Source: Candidatus Lernaella stagnicola (GTDB lineage Bacteria > Lernaellota > Lernaellaia > Lernaellales > Lernaellaceae). Taken from it: 64,000 nt of DNA. The notes below the pieces were generated by a model. The model was not told where the DNA came from. It saw only the letters and a list, made by a program, of their open reading frames with translations, and made no database searches. Below are positions 19,390 through 29,063 of the stretch, piece after piece. The position numbers and the translations under genes are program-made. Position 1 is the stretch's first letter, and each line of letters starts with the position of its first letter. Where the stretch lies: positions 244,710 to 308,709 of the forward strand of contig JAVCCK010000034.1 in the NCBI GenBank assembly GCA_030765525.1. The letters run 5' to 3'.

Positions 19390-19713
19390 TTATTCGACCG
19401 GCTCGATCTCGACCGCAGTTCCGTAGGCGAGCAATTCGGCGGCGCCGGCGGCAATGGCGCTGGTCGTAAACCGGACGTTGACCACGGCGTTCGCCCCCAT
19501 CTCTTTTGTCTGCTGTTTCATGCGGTCCAGCGACTGCTCCCGCGACTCCGCAATCATCTTGGTGTATTCGGTGATCTCGCCGCCCACCAGCATGCGAAAC
19601 ACGGCCATGATATCGCGCCCGACGTGTCGCGCCCTCATCGTGTTGCCCATGGCAAGCCCGTAAACCCGTTTGATACGCATGCCGACGATTTGCTCGGTAT
19701 TGGTCACGATCAT
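19390..19713 (-). CDS. YbjQ/UPF0145 (DUF74) family protein
   Basis: MIVTNTEQIVGMRIKRVYGLAMGNTMRARHVGRDI...GANAVVNVRFTTS matches the YbjQ heavy-metal-binding-like family. AAAGGAG RBS. The internal Met start was chosen. Confidence 0.75.
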   Translation of the reverse strand: MIVTNTEQIVGMRIKRVYGLAMGNTMRARHVGRDIMAVFRMLVGGEITEYTKMIAESREQSLDRMKQQTKEMGANAVVNVRFTTSAIAAGAAELLAYGTAVEIEPVE

Positions 19714-20156
19714 CGAACAACTCCTTTGTATTTGTCGCCGTGATAGGTCGCCAATCGATGGCGTACGATCGATACCGCCAGCACGCACACGCCGGCCAGA
19801 ACGAAGCCGCCGCCCAGGCGCACGGGCAGGAAAATGGCGTCGTTGAAAAAGAAATCACGCACTAGGTAGAAAAGGGCGCCCGCCAGCATTAGCGCGGCTC
19901 CCGCCGAAAGTAGAATCCACGCGGCGCCGCGTTCGAGCCGCGCGTAGACATGCGACTCGAAACGGTCGAGCCGCTGGTCGTTGTCGGCAGAAATCTTCAT
20001 GGACTCCAACTCCTTCCCCAATGTTTCCCAGGCGGCGGCCCGCTGCGCTAGCTCGGGGTGATCGCGCAGATAGGCTTCGAGTTGTACCGCTTTATCCGGC
20101 GGCAGTTCGCCGTCTTGCTTCATCGAGAGCAGCAGTTCGGCTTCTTCACGCTTCAT
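19710..20156 (-). CDS. membrane anti-sigma factor (cognate to the upstream ECF sigma)
   Basis: N-terminal cytoplasmic helix, then two TM helices. Overlaps the sigma gene by 11 bp and the ybjQ-like gene by 4 bp. Confidence 0.6.
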   Translation of the reverse strand: MKREEAELLLSMKQDGELPPDKAVQLEAYLRDHPELAQRAAAWETLGKELESMKISADNDQRLDRFESHVYARLERGAAWILLSAGAALMLAGALFYLVRDFFFNDAIFLPVRLGGGFVLAGVCVLAVSIVRHRLATYHGDKYKGVVR

Positions 20157-20700
20157 CGTCGCCTGCCAGTTTCTTTCGGGCCGCGTGCAATCGCGTGGCG
20201 ACCGTGTTGGGCGAAATGTCGAGCACCGCGCCGATGTCCTCGTAGCTCATCCCCTCCAGATGGCGCAGCACGACGACTTCCCGCAACTTGGGCGGCAGGG
20301 CCAAGACCCGCCCCCACGCCTCCGCCGCGCGCGCCCGGACCGTGGTATCGGCGGTTGGATCGGCGATGTGCTGCGCAAGTTCCTCGTTGCCGGCCCGCCG
20401 CCGCCGCGCCCGGCTGCGTTGCATGCTGCGCACCGTATTGCGCAGGATCGTGGCGAACCACGGCCAGAAACGCCGCCCTTCGTCGAACAATCGAGCCTTG
20501 GTGAATACTTTGACGAAGGCTTCCTGTGCGCCGTCCATTGCGTCGTCGTGGTCGCCGGTCAGTTGCAGGGCGAGCCGATAGGCATGGTTTTTGTGACGAC
20601 TCATCAGCACGGAAAAAGCCTCCCGGCTCTGTTGGTTTTTTACGCAGCCCATCAGGACTTCATCGGTCGCTGCAAGCATCGCGCGCCTTTGTCCTTCCAT
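20146..20700 (-). CDS. RNA polymerase ECF-type sigma-70 factor
   Basis: Sigma-2 region (YRLALQLTGDHDDAMDGAQEAFVKV) and sigma-4 HTH (MSYEDIGAVLDISPNTVATRLHAARKKL). Confidence 0.85.
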   Translation of the reverse strand: MEGQRRAMLAATDEVLMGCVKNQQSREAFSVLMSRHKNHAYRLALQLTGDHDDAMDGAQEAFVKVFTKARLFDEGRRFWPWFATILRNTVRSMQRSRARRRRAGNEELAQHIADPTADTTVRARAAEAWGRVLALPPKLREVVVLRHLEGMSYEDIGAVLDISPNTVATRLHAARKKLAGDDEA

Positions 20701-20801
20701 TAGCTATACGCCCGGTCGATCGGTTTTCTTCGGTAGGTTTCTTATTCCGTCAAAAAAAGAAGAATTGATTCTCGACATGGTTTTCATGAAAACGCGTCCC
20801 G

Positions 20802-22160
20802 TTATCCGCCGCAGCCGCCGTCGTCCTCTTCGTCCTCCGCCTCTTCATCGGCCAACGGCATCCCGCAATAGTCGGTCAAGCAAGATTCGAAAGTGCCGCA
20901 TCCACCGGCGGCGATACTGGTGTCAAAGCACGTCTTGGCGCACGACCAGGGGCCGTTGTTGTCGTAGCAAAGCAAGACAGCGTCGTTATAACTGATTTCC
21001 GATCCGCCGCTGTCGAGTTTCAGGCCGCATTGTTGGTACATCACGCCGACCATCTCGTAACACGCCGAGTGTCCCGGGCCGGTTGGGTCTTGCTCGCCCT
21101 CGTCCAATACGCGCACGTGCGTCGGTAGGACGACGCTGTCGTTTTTAGCGTAGGGGTCCTGCGCCGACCGCGAATGGCTTGCCACGAGTTCCACGTAGTA
21201 CGTTCCGGCGGGTACGCCGGACGGCACGCTGACGGTCAAGTCGACCAACTGGCTCCCGTAGCCGGGGAAGGTGTCCCACACCACGGATTCGAGTTCGTAC
21301 GATTGATTGTGGTCCGGGTAGGATAGCAGCGTGACGGTCACGCGGGCGTTGGATAGCTTGCCCCGGCCCAGCGAGGCCACCTGCAGGTCATGGATACTGA
21401 TTGAACCGCCCGTCGACACCATGCCCGGCGAGACGGTGGCCATCGGACACTTGGTTTTGCTCTCGCAATGGAAAGCGTAGACGCCGAAGTCATATTGCCT
21501 GCCGACCCGTTCCGGGAAAATCGTATCCACGCCCATCGCGTCGTCCACGCCCAACACCCAGTAGTTCCACGGGTAGGCGTAATTCATGATCGTATTGTAA
21601 CCGAGCCCTTTGCTCTCGCTGCTTTTGTAGTTGTAGTCGGCAAAGCCGATCGTGTGGCCCAACTCATGCAATAAGACGTGCTGGTACGCGAGCTCGGAGT
21701 CCGGGTCCTCCAATATCGCCCAGGTGTCGGTCGACCAGTCGTATTCGGGGTTGAAAGCGATATCCGACTCGGCCACGCAGTTCGAGTGGTCGACCCACGT
21801 GATGCACACGCCCGCGGCCGAACCCCAATGAAAGCCAAAGCGGCGGTACATTTCCGAGTCGTCGACGAAACCCTGGATTTCGTTGCGTCGGTTGCCGCCC
21901 CAATAGGAGTCACTGCCCGGCGGATTGGCCTTCGCCGTCATGATGTCGCCGAATGAAGCCCATTGGCCGATCATGCGCTCGTCCTGTTGTTCCCATGGGT
22001 CTTCGTTGTTGCCGAGCGGATAAATCATGTACGGGGCCGCGCAGCGCACGTAGTCGTGGATCGGCGGGTCGGCCGACGCCAGACACACCGCCAAACCGAG
22101 GGCCGCGATCAAACCGACGCAGACAACGCCGCGCCATCTCACTGCCCGTCTCCATGGCAT
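20802..22160 (-). CDS. secreted zinc metalloprotease with snapalysin-type motif HExxHxxGxxD and Cys-rich acidic C-terminal tail
   Basis: Signal peptide. HELGHTIGFAD matches HExxHxxGxxD exactly. A Met-turn-like IMNY follows. C-terminal 80 aa has 10 Cys and a poly-E/D tail. Confidence 0.7.
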   Translation of the reverse strand: MPWRRAVRWRGVVCVGLIAALGLAVCLASADPPIHDYVRCAAPYMIYPLGNNEDPWEQQDERMIGQWASFGDIMTAKANPPGSDSYWGGNRRNEIQGFVDDSEMYRRFGFHWGSAAGVCITWVDHSNCVAESDIAFNPEYDWSTDTWAILEDPDSELAYQHVLLHELGHTIGFADYNYKSSESKGLGYNTIMNYAYPWNYWVLGVDDAMGVDTIFPERVGRQYDFGVYAFHCESKTKCPMATVSPGMVSTGGSISIHDLQVASLGRGKLSNARVTVTLLSYPDHNQSYELESVVWDTFPGYGSQLVDLTVSVPSGVPAGTYYVELVASHSRSAQDPYAKNDSVVLPTHVRVLDEGEQDPTGPGHSACYEMVGVMYQQCGLKLDSGGSEISYNDAVLLCYDNNGPWSCAKTCFDTSIAAGGCGTFESCLTDYCGMPLADEEAEDEEDDGGCGG

Positions 22161-22846
22161 AGGGGATTCAGATACGCGATGAAATCGGCCAGCGTCATCA
22201 ACTGCGCCCGATTTGTGGTACCGCGGGGGATCGGGCGCGCGCCGTCGATTCGCAGGCGCTGGGGGTCCGCGCTGTGTGGAGCCGGTACGGCCGGGCTGGC
22301 GGCGGGCGTGACGGCCTCGAATCGTCCTTGCGCGTTGGGCAGAATCACGTCGCCGATGCGCACTCCGTTGGGCGCATGCAGCAGGGCGTTGCCGCCGTAG
22401 TCGACGACGTAGTCTTTGCCGGTCGCCGGTTCGGTTTTGACACGGAACAGGCCCTGATTCAGGCCGATGATCGGGCTGGCATAAGCCTGTCCATCGTAGC
22501 GCGTGAAAACCACCAGACGTTCACCGACGGCAAAACGCGGCACGTGCGATACCCGCAGCCGCCGCGCACCATCAGCGCCGCCGGCGAAACGCAGTTCAAC
22601 CACCGACGGGTCCGCTAATTGGCTCTTGCCCTTCAATACTTGCCCGATATCGAAACCGACGACCGTGGTAGGCAGGCCGGCGTCGTTGGGCTCCTCGGTG
22701 ATCTGCCGCACCGTGCCGACAAAAACCACGTCGGCTTCGGCGGCCATCTGCTTAATATTCATAAATGCCGGACGGGCCGCGGCAAACGTAACACCCAAAG
22801 CCAGGAGAGCCGCCAGCACCGCGAGATATGGAACCGAGCGTTTCAT
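22139..22846 (-). CDS. hypothetical secreted protein, co-operonic with the metalloprotease
   Basis: GGAGG RBS, signal peptide AVLAALLALGVTFAAA. 22-bp overlap with the protease gene start. Confidence 0.5.
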   Translation of the reverse strand: MKRSVPYLAVLAALLALGVTFAAARPAFMNIKQMAAEADVVFVGTVRQITEEPNDAGLPTTVVGFDIGQVLKGKSQLADPSVVELRFAGGADGARRLRVSHVPRFAVGERLVVFTRYDGQAYASPIIGLNQGLFRVKTEPATGKDYVVDYGGNALLHAPNGVRIGDVILPNAQGRFEAVTPAASPAVPAPHSADPQRLRIDGARPIPRGTTNRAQLMTLADFIAYLNPLCHGDGQ

Positions 22847-22867
22847 ATTGAACCTCCGTATCCTTAG

Positions 22868-25152
<2,285 letters not shown>

Positions 25153-25162
25153 TGGGCGTGGC

Positions 25163-26260
25163 ATGAACCGTCCCCTGGTGACGACCGGCGCCGCCCGGCT
25201 GGCGGCCGACTCCGGGGCTTGGCTTGACGGCGTCCGCGTCGGCCTACTCGCGCATCCGGCTTCGGTTCTGCCGGATTATTCGACGTTGCACGATCGGCTG
25301 ATCGACCTTCCCGACGTCGACCTCACCGTATTGTTCGGACCGGAACACGGCATTTTCGCCACGGCGCAGGATCAAGTGGGCGTCGGCGAATCGACCTACC
25401 GCGGCGTGCCGGTTTACTCGCTTTACGGCGAGACCGCCGCGACGTTGCGCCCCTCGGCCGAGGCGTTAGCCCGGTGCGACACGCTGGTCGTCGACCTGCA
25501 GGATATCGGCGCGCGCTATTACACCTACGTGTACACGATGGCGTATTGCCTGGAAGAGTGTGCGCGGCACGGCACGCGGGTCATTGTTTGCGACCGGCCC
25601 AATCCACTCGGTGGCGAAATCGAGGAGGGGCCGGTTCTCGACCGGGCGTTTGCATCCTTTATCGGGCGCTTTCCGATGCCCGTGCGGCACGCGAAAACCA
25701 TCGGCGAACTGGCGCGGCTGTGGAACGACGCCGAAGGGTGGAACGCGGATCTGCAAGTTATCGACATGCTCGGTTGGCGGCGCTCGATGTGGTTCGATGA
25801 AACGGGTCTGCCCTTTGTCGCGCCAAGTCCGAACATGCCGACGTTGGCGACGGCAACCGTCTACCCTGGCGGCTGCTTGTTGGAAGGCACGAATTTATCG
25901 GAGGGCAGGGGGACCACGCAGCCTTTTGAAACAGTCGGCGCGCCGTGGCTGAACGGCCGCGAGTTGGCCGACCGGCTCAATCAACGGGGGCTTCCCGGCG
26001 TGACCTTCCGTCCCGTTGAATTCATCCCGACTTTTCACAAGTACGCGGGCGAGGTCTGCGGCGGCGTGTTCGTGCACGTCACCGACCGCGATAGCTTCCG
26101 GTCGTTCGATGCTTATGTGGAATTGATTAAGGCCGCGCGGAAACAGGCGCCCGGCGATTTTGCCTGGCGCACGGAACCCTACGAGTTTGAAAACGATCGC
26201 CCGGCCTTCGATCTACTATGCGGCACGGACCGCATTCGCCGGGACATCGAGATCGGCTGA
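25163..26260 (+). CDS. DUF1343-family protein (exo-beta-N-acetylmuramidase NamZ-like)
   Basis: Resembles DUF1343/NamZ proteins in length and in the conserved LVVDLQDIGARYYTY block; family assignment is from memory. Start MNRPLV chosen. The 25061 extension overlapping manC is rejected. Confidence 0.6.
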   Translation: MNRPLVTTGAARLAADSGAWLDGVRVGLLAHPASVLPDYSTLHDRLIDLPDVDLTVLFGPEHGIFATAQDQVGVGESTYRGVPVYSLYGETAATLRPSAEALARCDTLVVDLQDIGARYYTYVYTMAYCLEECARHGTRVIVCDRPNPLGGEIEEGPVLDRAFASFIGRFPMPVRHAKTIGELARLWNDAEGWNADLQVIDMLGWRRSMWFDETGLPFVAPSPNMPTLATATVYPGGCLLEGTNLSEGRGTTQPFETVGAPWLNGRELADRLNQRGLPGVTFRPVEFIPTFHKYAGEVCGGVFVHVTDRDSFRSFDAYVELIKAARKQAPGDFAWRTEPYEFENDRPAFDLLCGTDRIRRDIEIG

Positions 26261-26267
26261 CCGGCGC

Positions 26268-27365
26268 TCAGTACACCGTGACGAAGGTGTGATACACCCA
26301 ACCCATCGTCCCGTCCGGCAGCATGACCAAGTACCAGTTCATGTCTTTTTTCAGCACGCGCACTTCGGTGCCGTCCGCCGTGATCGCAATTGGGTCGGCG
26401 ATGGCCATGGGACGCCGCAGCAGCGAAATCTTTTCGACGCCGCCCAGCACGCCAGGGCGACTGGCGTTCAAATCAACTTTGACGCCGATGCCCTCGGGCC
26501 TGCCGCGCGATCCCGGAGCCGGTGTCGTGCCGACCCACTGGGAATCCGAAGGGTTGTCCGCCGGCTCGGCATTGTCTTCGCCTTTCAGGCGGCTCGGAAC
26601 GGGGAATTTCGGATGGTTCTGCCGCTCGGGCAACCCGGAGAAGACGCCGCGAATGGCGACGCGCAGGGTGCCGACGCGTTGGGGTCCCGAAATCGGCAGC
26701 TTGGCTTGATACACGATTTTGCCGTCGATGGCTCGCACCATCACCACGCCGATCATCGAGGCGGCCGCCGTGTCGAGCGCCGGTCCTATCGCGAGCGGCG
26801 GCGCGTCCGGGGAAGAATCTTCTTTCCGCGAAATGGCGTACACCAGCGCCAGCGTATCGGCCTGAAAACGTCCGGCGATTTCGCGGGTGATTTTCGAATC
26901 CATCGTTATCTCGCCGTCGTAAGCCCGGCGGGCCGCTTTCCATAGTTCCACCACCGCGGCGGTGGTTTTCTCGGTGCGGCAAATAGTCGGATCGAGGTGC
27001 ACCGGCAGATCCCGCAAATAAAGTTCGGCTTCTTCTTTCTCCGCAACGAGTTGTTGGCCGCTGCGGTGAGCGCCGATAAAGTATTTCTTTTGCGCGACCA
27101 GCTTCATTTTCGCGCCGGTAATCGCCAGTTCCACCGCATCGTTAACGTCGGTCGCCAAGTCGATCGACTCGGAGATCGCCAAGTATTGTCGATAATCCGG
27201 CGCCCGCAGAATATAGGAAGCGTCGATGAACAGCGCCACGCGGTCCGGCAATGCGGTGGTTGGAGCGACGGATTCCCGCCAGGGGAACGTGGTGGTGGGC
27301 GCCGATGCGCAAGCCGCCAACAACAAAACGGTAACGATCAACGCCGATACGAACCTCGCGCGCAT
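26268..27365 (-). CDS. lipoprotein with C-terminal bacterial SH3-like domain
   Basis: Lipobox LLAAC. C-terminal KKDMNWYLVMLPDGTMGWVY is SH3b-like. Confidence 0.55.
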   Translation of the reverse strand: MRARFVSALIVTVLLLAACASAPTTTFPWRESVAPTTALPDRVALFIDASYILRAPDYRQYLAISESIDLATDVNDAVELAITGAKMKLVAQKKYFIGAHRSGQQLVAEKEEAELYLRDLPVHLDPTICRTEKTTAAVVELWKAARRAYDGEITMDSKITREIAGRFQADTLALVYAISRKEDSSPDAPPLAIGPALDTAAASMIGVVMVRAIDGKIVYQAKLPISGPQRVGTLRVAIRGVFSGLPERQNHPKFPVPSRLKGEDNAEPADNPSDSQWVGTTPAPGSRGRPEGIGVKVDLNASRPGVLGGVEKISLLRRPMAIADPIAITADGTEVRVLKKDMNWYLVMLPDGTMGWVYHTFVTVY

Positions 27366-27513
27366 TGTCGGACTCCTTCACGTGCCTAGTTGTCCTTCAT
27401 TCTTAGCAGAACCGGAGCGGTGTTTCCAGATACGGGCCTTTGAATGTGCGGCCGTATTCATACTACTATATTGGGCCATGACAAAAAGCGAATTGCATTT
27501 ACGGAGGGGTTTG

Positions 27514-28692
27514 ATGACCGCCGAGCTCTCGCGCCGGCTGTTTCTTGTTTGCTGTCTCGTTTTGTTGATAGTCGGCTGCGGAGGCGCGGGCGAGGAAACG
27601 AACGATCGGCAAATCGCCGACGACGACTCGGCCGAAGAGGACGGCAATTCCCTTGACGGTCCGGCGGGCGCCGAAATCGACGACGACAATGATGATGATG
27701 ACGATAACGATAACGACAGCTCCCCCGCGGGTTTTCCGAATATCGATTGGGCGGGTCTCGAAAACCCCATCTTGGCGCGGCCCGATCGCATGCTCAAAGA
27801 CCAAGCCGTCGTTTACCACAACGGTTGGTTTCACATTTTCGCCTCGACGCGGTTCGTAAACGGCGACGCGTCGGAAAACATTGCGCGACAACGAATGTAC
27901 AAAACCCGCGACTTTCGCAACTACGAAGAATGGTGGGACGACGACCTCGGCTACGTCGGCTCGCCGGATGTCATCCGCATGGGCGATCGATGGTTCATGG
28001 CGTTCTGGAAACCACTTAATCTCAATTTCGAAGAAATGAGCCGTCTGTACTATTCCACGTCGGAGGATTTGGTCGATTGGTCGAAGGACAAACCGTTGCT
28101 GCCCGGGGTGCAGCCATTCCAGCGGCACACGCACAGCGCCCTGGCGGAAGTCGACGGATATGTCGTGCTTGGCTATAAGCACTGGGAGCAGTTTTCCATA
28201 ACCCGGTCGGTCGAAGCCGCGCTTGACCCTTACGCCTGGCTCGACCCGGTAATCGCTTACCCCGGCGGTTACGAGGATTGGGCCGAGAATTACCAGTTCC
28301 TCAGCATCGACGGTGCGTGGCGCATGATCGCCACCTCCAACGTGACAACCGGCAAATACTCCAGCGGCCGCGAGCCGTTCATCTATCGGGCGCGCAACGG
28401 CGGCGTCGCATTTCCCGACTGGCAGTACTGGGAGGAACGCACGCATCTGGAAGTGCCGTTCGAAGACTGGAATCAAATCCTGCATGCCGATTCGGCGTAT
28501 TTGTGCGACTGGCGCGAATACGACGGCTATTTCTATTTGTTTTACGCCGGCGCTAACGACAGCGCGTCTTTTCAGGGACGCGGGCACGGCAAAATCGGCG
28601 TCGCCCGTTCGGCCGATCTGGTCGAATGGAAACTACCCGGCGTAAACAATGAAGGGCAAACACCGAACCCTGGGTGGGAGGAAGCGTTATGA
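27514..28692 (+). CDS. lipoprotein, 5-bladed beta-propeller glycoside hydrolase-like (GH43-like) with poly-Asp linker
   Basis: GGAGG RBS. Lipobox LIVGC. Acidic linker EIDDDNDDDDDNDNDSS. NPILARPDRM...VVYHNGWFHIFAST resembles the GH43 N-terminal catalytic-Asp block, and later DGAWRMIAT / YLFYAG blades follow. Confidence 0.5.
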   Translation: MTAELSRRLFLVCCLVLLIVGCGGAGEETNDRQIADDDSAEEDGNSLDGPAGAEIDDDNDDDDDNDNDSSPAGFPNIDWAGLENPILARPDRMLKDQAVVYHNGWFHIFASTRFVNGDASENIARQRMYKTRDFRNYEEWWDDDLGYVGSPDVIRMGDRWFMAFWKPLNLNFEEMSRLYYSTSEDLVDWSKDKPLLPGVQPFQRHTHSALAEVDGYVVLGYKHWEQFSITRSVEAALDPYAWLDPVIAYPGGYEDWAENYQFLSIDGAWRMIATSNVTTGKYSSGREPFIYRARNGGVAFPDWQYWEERTHLEVPFEDWNQILHADSAYLCDWREYDGYFYLFYAGANDSASFQGRGHGKIGVARSADLVEWKLPGVNNEGQTPNPGWEEAL

Positions 28693-29063
28693 AAAAATAT
28701 TTGTTGTTAGCGTTCGCGCTGGCGCTGGTGATCACGGCGGTCTGGGCGGCTGATGTGCCGGAGACGGTCGACCTCTCGCCGTACGTGAAAGTGACGGTCG
28801 TTTCGAAGTTCGACCACAAACAGCACGTTGAAACCGGCCAACTCGAATGCACGAAATGCCACCACAAGTGGGGCGGCGGCGAAGAGGAAGCGGTACAGAA
28901 ATGCAGTGCCTGCCACAAGGAAGAGGACGGCGAGACCTCTTCGGCCAAAACCGCGTTCCATAAAATGTGCAAGGATTGCCACAAGGAACAAAAGGAGCAG
29001 GGCAAGACGCCGCCCGTCACGTGCAGCCAATGCCACGTGAAGAAGCTGGACGAGCCCGCCTAG
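28689..29063 (+). CDS. tetraheme cytochrome c3 (class III)
   Basis: Signal peptide MKKYLLLAFALALVITAVWA. Four CxxCH motifs (CTKCH, CSACH, CKDCH, CSQCH) plus at least 5 extra His for bis-His ligation in about 105 mature residues. ATGA overlap with the upstream propeller lipoprotein. Confidence 0.85.
   Translation: MKKYLLLAFALALVITAVWAADVPETVDLSPYVKVTVVSKFDHKQHVETGQLECTKCHHKWGGGEEEAVQKCSACHKEEDGETSSAKTAFHKMCKDCHKEQKEQGKTPPVTCSQCHVKKLDEPA

Noticed and set aside
20700-20802. Possible ECF-type autoregulated promoter (GGAAT ... CCGA) upstream of the sigma gene on the minus strand
   Set aside because: Spacing between candidate -35 and -10 elements is about 20 nt, longer than the 16-17 typical for ECF promoters. 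Cannot be supported from sequence alone.
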